A DNA stretch of 63,378 nt, filler included, from Octopus bimaculoides (lineage: Eukaryota), in assembly GCF_001194135.2 (NCBI RefSeq). It is 4 parts of 4 records of this genome, joined end to end, with 100 filler letters (N's around TTAATTAATTAA, not from the genome) between each part and the next. Parts side by side here need not be neighbours in the genome. Positions count along the whole stretch, not along the records: positions 19,253 to 45,249 come from NC_068982.1; positions 45,350 to 62,124 come from NC_068991.1; 2 more parts are not named here. One strand, written 5' to 3'. The translations under genes were made by a program, and so were the position numbers. Under the pieces are notes generated by a model. The model was not told the DNA's origin. It saw only the letters and a program-made list of their open reading frames with translations, and ran no database searches. Shown here piece by piece: positions 41,765 through 52,599 of this stretch (positions are counted from its first letter, which is position 1; each line of letters starts with the position of its first letter).

Positions 41765-42594
41765 CTGAAACAAAACAGATTTATATTTCAATTTTTGTCA
41801 ATTTTCTTTTTTTTTTTTTTAAATCAGTACAATTGTACTGTATATAGAACATCCAAACTTTCACAATTGGATTTCTATTGGGTATTTTACTGAGCTCTGA
41901 ACTGCAAATTAACATAATGCTTATTGGTTATACAATGAAGTATATTTCTCTGTCTGTAGTAATGATTTTATGACTAACAGAACTTGAACATTGAAGGTAA
42001 TGTTAAATCTCTTTGCTGTACTCAGTATAGTACCATACACAGTATAATAGCCTGCAAGTCTACAAATACAACACTCAATCAACTTGGCTAGCCATGACAC
42101 ACTTTTTATTGGAAAAAATAATTACTACGTGCATGGAAAACAGTGAGAGTCAAAACAGTGGCATACATATTCATTTTTAATATGTTCTTGCAGATTTGAA
42201 CATGAGTAAGCTAATCATTGCTGCATTTCATCTTCAGAGAACACCTCTTTACAGATGATGTATATTCACCACACACCCAATTTATTGATGTAAGGGACTT
42301 TGAGACACTTGTGTCTCATCCTAGTTGTGTCTCTTCAGTCAAGGTTACTTCTGGACCAACACATGCAAACAAGAATGGTGGCTCTTGTTTCCAGAATTCA
42401 GCAAAAACTTATTTGCTGATTCATGTTGATGTCACCCAAAAACCGATAATAAATTACCATGTGAATGGAGAACAACAAGAATCAAAATGATGACATACAT
42501 ACCCATTTTTAATATTTTGTCAGACACACTAATCACAGTTGAATTTTGTCTGTGAAGAATATTGTCTTTCAGACGATCTAACATATTCAATGAA

Positions 42595-42800
42595 TTGATG
42601 TAAAGCCCCAAAACAAATATTGCAATGCATGGGTGTAATTAACAGAACATCCAAAATTTTACATAAGAGACTGAAGTATATTGGAACTGAGACAAGCACT
42701 GTCGACCTGCAGAAAAAAAATGTCATCCTATATTCTGCAAGATTCTTGAGACACCTCCGTTTTGAGCTAGTTGTGTCTCTTCAGTCAAATAATAATTGTT
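42595..42800 (+). mobile_element. R4-type LINE extreme 3' end (second copy at about 43630-43790)
   Basis: MGVINRTSKILHKRLKYIGTETSTVDLQKKNVILYSARFLRHL resembles the C-terminal LG...LQK..LLGTARILR helix of R4/Dong ORFs. The DNA is repeated about 1 kb downstream. Confidence 0.6.
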
Positions 42801-42829
42801 TCTGATATAAGCATAAATTAACAATTTTG

Positions 42830-43852
42830 AGGGGTGGGATTTAGTCGATTGGTACTTTATTTTATCGACTTTGAAAGAATGGAAGGTAAAGCTGACCTCA
42901 GTGGCATTTAAACTCAGAAGTAAAGTGCCAGAACAAATATTACAAGGCATTTTTTCCAGCGCTCTAATTAATCTGCCAATTAAAAAGCAAAAATTAATAA
43001 CAAAAAATGAAGAAGAAGAAGAAGAAGAAGAAGGGTTTTAAATCTTGGTACAAGGCCAGCAATTTCGGGGAGGGGATAAAATAATTACTTCAGCCCCAAT
43101 GTTGCACTGGTACTTAATTTATCGACCACAAGAGGATGAAAGGCAAAGTCAACCTTGGTGGAATGTGAACTCAGAACGTAAAGATGGACAAAATGCCACT
43201 AAGCATTTTGCTTGGCATGCAAACGATTCAGCCAGCACGCTGCCTTAATACTACTAGAACTACTACTACTATTACTTCTACTGCTGCTGCTAATAATAAT
43301 AATAATAATAATGATAATTTCTGATTTTTGGCACAAGGCCAGCAATTTCAAGGAAGGGTTTAAGTCGATTATGTCGACCCCAGTACTCAGCTGCTACTTA
43401 TTTTATCTACTCCGAAGGGATGAAAGGCAAAGTCGACCCTAGTGGAATTTGAACTCAGAACGTTAAGACCCAGAAGAAATGCCACTAAACATTTTGTCCG
43501 ATGCTCTGACAGTTCTGCTAGGTCACTGCCTTTCATTTCAAATTTTGACAGAACGCCAGCAGTTTTGATGGGAATATGGTGGATAATAGAGTGAATGTCA
43601 AAGTTGACCTCAGCAGAATTTAAACTCAAAATGCAAAGCCCCAGAACAAATAACGCAATGCATTGGGTGTAATTAGCACAGCATCCAAACTTTTACACAA
43701 GAAGCTGAAATATATTGGAAATGAGACAAGGAATGTTTACCAGCAGAAAAATGTCATCTCGAAACTGCAAGATTCTTGACATTTAAGGAGACTTGTTGTT
43801 AACAAGCTTTAAGATAATATCCCTGCTACTTAAATTAGCATGTAACCACCTT

Positions 43853-43899
<47 letters not shown>

Positions 43900-44400
43900 C
43901 CTATCTGCTATAGGCACAAGGCCTGCAATTTGGAGGGAGGGAGGGAACTAGCCGATCACATCGACCCCAGTACTTAATTTATCGACCCAAAAAGGATGAA
44001 AGGCAAAGTTGACCTCAGCGGAATTTGAACTCAGAATGTAACGACAGGTGAAATACCGCTAAACATTTCGTCCAGCGTGCGAACGATTCTGCCAGTTCGC
44101 TGCCTTAATAATAATAATAATAATAATAATAATGATAATAATAATAATAATGATAATAATAATGATGATAATAATAATAATGATGATAATAATAATAATG
44201 ATGATAATAATAATAATGATAATAATAATAATAATAATATTAATAATAATAATAATCCTTTCTACTAAAGGCACGAGGCCTGAAATTTGGTGGGATGTGA
44301 CTAGTCGATAACATCGGCCCCGATGCTCGACTGGTACTTAACTTAGCGACCCCGAAAGCATGAAAGGCAAAGTCGACCTCGGTGGAATTTGAACTCAAAA
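42830..44400 (-). mobile_element. Cluster of five or more SINE family A copies separated by (AAT)n
   Basis: Repeated ...gaaaggcaaagt(c/t)gacct...ggaatttgaactcagaa... and ...gattctgccagt..gctgcc. Confidence 0.8.
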
Positions 44401-44555
44401 CTACACAACCTACTTTCTGAACCATTGATGCTGAAAGGAACCCTTTATTTGTCTAAAGGAAAAGAATCTAACAAATTATAATTAATCACAAGATATTTAT
44501 TTTCTTACTTAATATAAAGAAAACCCCACTTAGATCGAAAAGCATCACTACTTAC

Positions 44556-44705
44556 TTGTGTCCCAGCTCATGCGCAATGGTATATGCAAGAGCTAATCCA
44601 GAATCTTCATTGATGTTACATGACATCTGAGGTTGACACATGCCTGAAAGATGTGCAAGTCCTAAGGTATTACAGGGACGGTCTATTCGGCTGCAGATAT
44701 CATGT
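44556..44705 (-). CDS. ADAMTS7/12-like: ADAMTS metalloprotease exon containing the start of the zinc-binding motif
   Basis: Acceptor ttttcag|, donor |gtaagt, phase 2 to 2. Translates (R)[49 protein letters not shown](N), closely matching the M12B catalytic exon of ADAMTS12/7 as I recall it. Confidence 0.97.
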
Positions 44706-44950
44706 CTGAAAAGAGTAATTTGAAGAAAGCAATGACTAAAAATAATGCGAATTATAGTTAAAAATAAAAATATAATTCAACAGATTTTGTAAGAAACCGT
44801 TTTGCTGCTTTGCTACAGCTCCTACTGCAACGGCTAATGACAGCAGGTTAGAAATGTTCAGTGAGCCGTTCAGTAAATGATTATGTACGCAAACTTTTCT
44901 ATTAGACTTCCATGTAATAAGCAGATTAAATTTGCATATGTCTTCTAATA

Positions 44951-44999
<49 letters not shown>

Positions 45000-45210
45000 T
45001 CTTTTCAGTTATTTGACTGCGGCCATGCTGGAGCACCGCCTTTAGTCGAGAAAATCGAGCCCAGGACTTATTCTTTGGATGCCTAGTACTTATTCTATCG
45101 GTCTCTTTTGCCGAACCGTTAAGTTATGGGGACGTAAACACACCACCATTGATTGTCAAGCGATGTTGGGGGACAAACACAGACACACAAACGTATACAC
45201 ACACATACAT

Positions 45211-45249
<39 letters not shown>

Positions 45250-45349
45250 NNNNNNNNNNNNNNNNNNNNNNNNNNNNNNNNNNNNNNNNNNNNTTAATTA
45301 ATTAANNNNNNNNNNNNNNNNNNNNNNNNNNNNNNNNNNNNNNNNNNNN
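45250..45349. other. Synthetic assembly spacer (44 N + TTAATTAATTAA + 44 N)
   Basis: Same structure as 19153-19252. Lies between the two partial genes. Confidence 0.93.
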
Positions 45350-45394
<45 letters not shown>

Positions 45395-45396
45395 TT

Positions 45397-45439
<43 letters not shown>

Positions 45440-45519
45440 CTATCTATCTCTATATATGTATATATGTGTATATATATATATGTATATAAAAATGTATATA
45501 TATATATACTATATATATG

Positions 45520-46533
45520 GAAAATCAGTGTGTTTGTTTGTAGAGCTGTTATCTAACTCCTCCTACATCGTTTTATTGATTTTGATGAAACTTGACACGT
45601 GTATAGCACTCATGTCTGGAAACCTGGTAACATACTTGTATTGTTGAAAAAATTGATAATACGACCCCCGGAAGGGACCTTTATATTTACCTCATATAAC
45701 TAATTTTTTTAAACACCCAAGGGAAATAACCCATACCGTTGTGCGCAGTATTTTTTAAACACTTAAGGGAAATAATCCAATTCATTGTTTATGTTCGATT
45801 ACTTTGAATATTGATTTCTTTGTGTGTTCAACTTCTAATTTTTGCAGACAATATCACTTTTTTACTTTATTTGACACGTGAGTAGAGCTTATGTCTGGAA
45901 ACCTCGTGACATACTTAGATTGTTGAAAAATATCGATAATAGGGCCCATCCAATGGATCCTCCTATCTACCACGTATTACTAATATTTCATTTAAACAAC
46001 CCAAGGGAAATAACCCATTTCACCTGCAGTTTTTAGCGATGCGATCATTATTTGATTCTCACGATCAGCCGACCTAATTCTGTATTTCACTACTCACATG
46101 CTAAACATTATTATTGCACTTCCTTAATTTGAATCTCTTCATTCATACATTTCAATTTGAATGCCCATTACTCCGATAATTCTGCATTTTTACAGTCACA
46201 CTTTCTCCATGACAGTAGATAAATTTTTTTTTTCCATAACGTATTTGTAGTAGCCGCAGGCATAACGTGCATTCGATCCTCGATTGTCGAATTTCACTTA
46301 ACACTTCAACAACGCCTTTCTCAAGGTAAAACAATAGTTTTTTCTGAACGACAACCTCTCTCGCCAACCACCGAAAATCTCTCCCTCCTCCAGCTGACAG
46401 TTTTTGTAAATTTTCGCGACGGGAAATACAACTTTTGTGGCAGTTATAATGAAATTGCTTTCTTATTTCAGAGTATTAAGGCGTTTCAGTAGAACATCAT
46501 TGCCCCCGGGAATTACCGGGTACACCAGCTAGT
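45520..46533 (+). mobile_element. Non-autonomous Helitron/Helentron-type element
   Basis: The 5' part gtgtttgtttg...gattttgatgaaacttg follows microsatellites, there is an internal diverged duplication, and the 3' end is a cccgg-N6-ccggg hairpin followed 8 nt later by CTAG|T. Confidence 0.65.
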
Positions 46534-47304
46534 ATATATATATATATATATATATNNNNNNNNNNNNNNNNNNNNNNNNNNNNNNNNNNNNNNNNNNNNN
46601 NNNNNNNNNNNNNNNNNNNNNNNNNNNNNNNNNNNNNNNNNNNNNNNNNNNNNNNNNNNNNNNNNNNNNNNNNNNNNNNNNNNNNNNNNNNNNNNNNNNN
46701 NNNNNNNNNNNNNNNNNNNNNNNNNNNNNNNNNNNNNNNNNNNNNNNNNNNNNNNNNNNNNNNNNNNNNNNNNNNNNNNNNNNNNNNNNNNNNNNNNNNN
46801 NNNNNNNNNNNNNNNNNNNNNNNNNNNNNNNNNNNNNNNNNNNNNNNNNNNNNNNNNNNNNNNNNNNNNNNNNNNNNNNNNNNNNNNNNNNNNNNNNNNN
46901 NNNNNNNNNNNNNNNNNNNNNNNNNNNNNNNNNNNNNNNNNNNNNNNNNNNNNNNNNNNNNNNNNNNNNNNNNNNNNNNNNNNNNNNNNNNNNNNNNNNN
47001 NNNNNNNNNNNNNNNNNNNNNNNNNNNNNNNNNNNNNNNNNNNNNNNNNNNNNNNNNNNNNNNNNNNNNNNNNNNNNNNNNNNNNNNNNNNNNNNNNNNN
47101 NNNNNNNNNNNNNNNNNNNNNNNNNNNNNNNNNNNNNNNNNNNNNNNNNNNNNNAAATTCCTCATTATTGATAAATGTTTTAACGGCAAAAGCACATTAT
47201 ACACCATTCCATACCGCAAAGGGGACTATTAAAAACATCCCGTTACGCAGCTCGAAAACACTATCATATTATGCCTATCTTTACTCACGTCACATTCATA
47301 GTCA

Positions 47305-47645
47305 CGTGGTGGCGGTGCAATGGCTCAGTGGTTAAGGCGTCGTGAGTGTTTATTGAGCGAAAACACCTAAAAGCTGCACGAGGCTCCGGCAGGGGGGTTA
47401 GGTGGCGAACCCTGTTGTACTCTTTCACTACAACTTTCTCTTGCTCTTTCTTCCTGTTTCTGTTGTACCTGTATTTCAAAGGGTCAGCCTTGTCACCCTC
47501 CGTGTCACGCTGAATCTCCCCGAGAACTACGTTAAGGGATCGCGTGTCTGTGGACTGCTCAGTCACTTGCACGTTAATATCACGAGCAGGCTTCCGTTGA
47601 TTGGATCAACTGGAATCCTCGTCGTCGTAGGCGACGGAGTACCAT
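47305..47645 (+). mobile_element. SINE family C copy with internal head deletion
   Basis: caatggctcagtggttaaggcgt is joined directly to cgtgagtgtttattgagcgaaaacacc. The B-box segment seen in the 39110 copy is missing. Confidence 0.8.
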
Positions 47646-47749
47646 GAATAGTCACGTGACACATAACAGGTTTTTCTGACTCACTCTGTTTTTAAATAAT
47701 TATTTCATCTCATTTGATATATTTTAATTAATCTCCGTTTTATTTGTAG

Positions 47750-48012
47750 AATGATACTTATAAACCAACAAGTACAATAAGCGTACAGAACGACAGACAG
47801 ACAATTTTTCAAGGAGAAAGTACAAAGGTTTCTGTAAATATCACTTTCCCGGAGGCAACAACAATCCCTGTGTTAGAAATTGAGTCGTTCGCGGTGGAGG
47901 CAAATGGAAAGTACCTGTTTTCTCTTTGCAAAGCAGAGATTGCGTGGGTCGGAAGAAATATACAATGTCTGAATTTAACGAGGACCCAGGAACTGATGGA
48001 ATTCGTACCGAA
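47750..48012 (+). CDS. Uncharacterised tandem-repeat extracellular protein, exon a (repeat 1, first half)
   Basis: tttatttgtag| ... |gtaact, phase 0 to 2. NDTYKPTSTISVQNDRQTIFQGESTKVSVNITFPEATTIPVLEIESFAVEANGKYLFSLCKAEIAWVGRNIQCLNLTRTQELMEFVP(K). Not in the ORF track because it has no ATG start. Confidence 0.85.
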
Positions 48013-48197
48013 GTAACTACTTATTTTCGATCGTCTTCGTTTTCATTGTCACCATCGTCATCGTCATCGTCGTCACCATCATCATCATCATCACCATCAC
48101 CATCATCACCATCACCATCACCATCACCATCGCCACCACCACCATCAACATCATCATCATCATCATCATAATCATCATCATCATTATCATCTTCTTT

Positions 48198-48565
48198 CAG
48201 GCCAGCACCTATGAACAATCACCAAAGATCTCTGGTTTAACAGTGCTATCGAAAAGCATTCCCTGTTCAGGATAAGCTCTACAGGCACGGTTCGAGACAC
48301 ACCGGACCGACTTGCCTGAGATGCGGCCAGAGCGACGAAACCGTTCTGCACGCACTCGTGCAGTGTCCAACCATTTCGGACCTGTGGGCTTATGCCGAAC
48401 GGCTGCTGTCGCGCGTGGGACGAGTCCGCCTTTCGGCCGAGTCTATCGGGAAAATTGCCCCACCACCTTCTTTCAAAGAGTAAGGCAAGACAGTCGTCAT
48501 CGTACTGGTGGCCATGGTGAAAGAATGTGTGTGGTGGACTCGAGCGAAAGGATTAGAAACAAACA
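48198..48565 (+). mobile_element. Tx1/L1-clade LINE ORF2 fragment with CCHC zinc knuckle
   Basis: ...QCYRKAFPVQDKLYRHGSRHTGPTCLRCGQSDETVLHALVQCPTISDLWAYAERLLSRVGRV... contains the C-x2-C-x4-ET-x2-H-x4-C motif that follows RT in L1/Tx1 elements. One in-frame stop. Confidence 0.85.
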
Positions 48566-49112
48566 NNNNNNNNNNNNNNNNNNNNNNNNNNNNNNNNNNN
48601 NNNNNNNNNNNNNNNNNNNNNNNNNNNNNNNNNNNNNNNNNNNNNNNNNNNNNNNNNNNNNNNNNNNNNNNNNNNNNNNNNNNNNNNNNNNNNNNNNNNN
48701 NNNNNNNNNNNNNNNNNNNNNNNNNNNNNNNNNNNNNNNNNNNNNNNNNNNNNNNNNNNNNNNNNNNNNNNNNNNNNNNNNNNNNNNNNNNNNNNNNNNN
48801 NNNNNNNNNNNNNNNNNNNNNNNNNNNNNNNNNNNNNNNNNNNNNNNNNNNNNNNNNNNNNNNNNNNNNNNNNNNNNNNNNNNNNNNNNNNNNNNNNNNN
48901 NNNNNNNNNNNNNNNNNNNNNNNNNNNNNNNNNNNNNNNNNNNNNNNNNNNNNNNNNNNNNNNNNNNNNNNNNNNNNNNNNNNNNNNNNNNNNNNNNNNN
49001 NNNNNNNNNNNNNNNNNNNNNNNNNNNNNNNNNNNNNNNNNNNNNNNNNNNNNNNNNNNNNNNNNNNNNNNNNNNNNNNNNNNNNNNNNNNNNNNNNNNN
49101 NNNNNNNNNNNN

Positions 49113-49158
<46 letters not shown>

Positions 49159-49201
49159 TACATGCATACACATTTATGCATGATGTTTTCTATCCACACA
49201 G

Positions 49202-49436
49202 GCCGGAATCAGTTGACTTTGATTACAAAGTGAAAGTACCCCTTCAAAATATATGCTTGACGGATGTATTCACGGAACCATATGACAACACAATAACTAT
49301 AGATATAACATACAGGCTTGAAGCAGCAATTCCGAATAACAAAACATGGATCACGGCAGGTTTGACTTTGAATACTAAATTGTGGGTCGGCCAAGTTGCA
49401 ATGCAGGAGAAAACTGGTATCGCAGATGTCATACTT
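49202..49436 (+). CDS. Repeat protein exon b
   Basis: cacacag|, phase 2 start. PESVDFDYKVKVPLQNICLTDVFTEPYDNTITIDITYRLEAAIPNNKTWITAGLTLNTKLWVGQVAMQEKTGIADVIL. Phase-0 donor taken at |gtaaat; an alternative lies 9 nt earlier. Confidence 0.82.
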
Positions 49437-50748
49437 GTAAATACAAATTCTCATTTTAACTTCCCTTTTCTTTCTTATTTTTTCATTGGTTTAAATTCTT
49501 CTGGTTATCTTTCGTTTATGTATGTAAAATTGTGAACAACAAAGTAATAGCAGAAGGGAATTTAAATTATTTCACAGAAAAGCAGTCTTAATTTAGTTGA
49601 GATCAACGATGTAAAGCTATATATATGAACACAATATGACATGGCGTTTCACCCAGATATTTTATCGTGAATAGATTATCAAACACCTTTTCTCAAGTTA
49701 ACCTTTGCGTTTCCTCTGCATCACTCATGATACTCAAGACATATTTCCCTGGCGTCCATGCATCATATAAAATAAATATTCTCAATCGTTTTCAGACGCC
49801 AGAGTAATTTTGGACTTACCTGACAGCATTATAAGACAAGGGCTAAATAAAGGTCTGAAAACAAACATGGACGCTTAGGACACATTTATGAAAATGCTTG
49901 GAGCAGGCAAAGGCTTAAGATAGTCTCGGTGGTGTCATTGGTTTTCCTCTGAAATGTTTTGATAGTTTTAATCCTATATTTATTATTAATTCTACTTCTC
50001 CGAAGGCAGCGTGCTGGCAGAATCGTTAAAGCATCGAAAAAGTGCTTTTTCGGTATTTCTTCCGGCGGCTCTTTACATTATGTTTTCAAATTCGAGGTCA
50101 AATTTAACTTTCATTGATGAAATAGAATCTGGAGATCGACAAGCATATCTCATCACGGGGCGTCTTCATATATGTACACAAAAAGAAAAGTGTTAATCGC
50201 ATGTACACTCAATCTCAGATCTTTGTCGCACCACTTGCAAATGCAACAACAACAACACACGCCTCACAAGCACTTCCTCTCTACAAACTACTTGCAGCAC
50301 ATACGTCTACTCGCACACACTTTCGCAGTCACTCAGTTAACCATTACACATGACGTCTGCTCACGCAGACACACAGACGACCTCACCTATATACATACAT
50401 AGTCATCGACGCACCATTTATGCAAGCACACACACACATCAGATCACAGACACACGCAACGCACACATATGAAACATTTTCTATTGCACATACAAACATG
50501 CACACATAGGCAAGCACATACAATGCAACTCAGTTTTAATTTGTACACACGAAGCAAAAAATGATCACGCACACGCACGCATACATTGAGAAAGACAATG
50601 CACATGTATTTGAATTATACACACGCGTAAATAACAAACGTCAGTTCACATGGAAATTGCAAAACAATAACGCCAACATCACTGCATATAACAATTCTTA
50701 CATGTACACATATCAACGTACACACACACACGCACACACACACAGACA

Positions 50749-50795
<47 letters not shown>

Positions 50796-51099
50796 ACTTG
50801 CTAACATTGCTTCAAACACACACGTATTCAAATAATATGAACATAAGAGACCGAAAGAATAAGTACAAAGCTTACAAAAATAAGTCCTGGAGTCGATTTG
50901 CTCGACTAAAGGTGGCCGCAGTCAAATGACTGAAACAAGTAAAAGAGTAAAAGAGTATACATTCAAATATGCATCTACACAACATACATAAATGCATTCG
51001 CCACTCCACACACATACGATCATATACACCTAATGAATGTCATATTTACTCGTCATATGAGTTATTATATGTTTCATTTTGTGCTACTTTAATTTCTAG

Positions 51100-51385
51100 A
51101 ACGGACCTCAACGTGTTGACATCATTGATGTCAAACAGCTGACTTCTTTACCAATCTCTTATATACAAGGCTATAACATCAACATTAAGATTCCGCCCTT
51201 GACTGCGGCAAAAGTAGTGGTGAAAGTCTCAAGCGATTCATCTGCTCTTTCTGTCTGCTCAGTACGACTAGTAGCCAAAGGATCGAATATCGGATGCCTG
51301 AGGAATGAAACCACAGAAGTTCAAGAGATGAATTCCATTCTCAAGAAATCTATTCAACTAGATTTTGGACCCATTACGAATCTAG
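51100..51385 (+). CDS. Repeat protein exon c (repeat 2, first half)
   Basis: tttaatttctag| ... |gtagat, phase 0 to 1. NGPQRVDIIDVKQLTSLPISYIQGYNINIKIPPLTAAKVVVKVSSDSSALSVCSVRLVAKGSNIGCLRNETTEVQEMNSILKKSIQLDFGPITNL(G). Confidence 0.87.
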
Positions 51386-51666
51386 GTAGATTTATTGTTG
51401 TGTTTCTTACTATCGAACTTATTGAACATAGCTCTCTCTTTTTCATGTATGTATGTATGTATGTATGTTTGCATTATGTATGTATGTGTGTAGTATGAAT
51501 GCATGGAATGTTTCTATGTATGTACGTACGTATGTATGCATGTACGTACCTACGTATGCGTGCATGTATGTATGTATGTATGTATGTATGTATGTATGCA
51601 CCAATCTACTTATATTTATTTATATATATACATTTACAAGTGTATGTACATCATTATCTCACTATA

Positions 51667-51733
<67 letters not shown>

Positions 51734-51824
51734 TTTCTCTAATATATATATACACACACACGAATATATATATGTGTGTGTGTATATACATATATGAATG
51801 CAGATATATATATATATATATATG

Positions 51825-51907
<83 letters not shown>

Positions 51908-52599
51908 ATGTGTGTGTTTGTATGTGGGTATGTATGTATGTCCTTAGGCATTGCACCATCTCTCCAGATTAGTCAGCAATACCTGTGCAGAGTCTTAGGG
52001 CCAATAAGGCTTGCACGACAACTCACAGACCATCTCCACTCTGTTGAGATTATCCAAAGACAAGATGTCTGGTACCAATATGAGTTGCAAGCTCAGGGAT
52101 GTGGGAACACCATGATATCAAGCATTGTCCAGTGCCATTCCCTGTATATCTGGTTTTACATCAGAGTAGCCTTCTCCAAGAGACACGCTTCAACAAGAGC
52201 TAAGGGCCGCCCCACTTCCAGGGGCTCTTCCAGCATGCCAGACACCATCCCGGAATTTCTGCTTGCTCGTGCTCTTGTTAGATAGTCATTGAACCTGCAC
52301 TACGTTTATCAGTCTTTTTAACAAGTCTCTTTTAGTCCTGGTGGGTTTCTAGCAACCCTCCTCTCCAGGCTATCCTGGTGGCGTGTAAAGGTTTAGTCGC
52401 CGATGACCTGACTATGCAACAAGTTGTACAGGCTTCCATGTTACCAGTAGCACTTATGAGAGCCTTATAGGTGACCTGACATAATATATGTATATGCACA
52501 GATACACGTTCACAATAGGATATGGCATGGACTGAATACTTAAGAGCTTCGCTTCACAATAATGAGATCCAGGTTCGATCCTACGTCATGAAATCTTAT

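Noticed and set aside
42218-42490. 90-aa plus-strand ORF considered as an upstream exon of the repeat-protein gene
   Set aside because: It lacks the repeat motifs and includes sequence shared with the nearby LINE tail at 42740.
51950-52450. GC-richer segment next to the R4 RT with a 141-aa ORF
   Set aside because: The ORF starts in a (GT)n tract, and no frame gave a recognisable motif. Probably retroelement debris, but unassignable.
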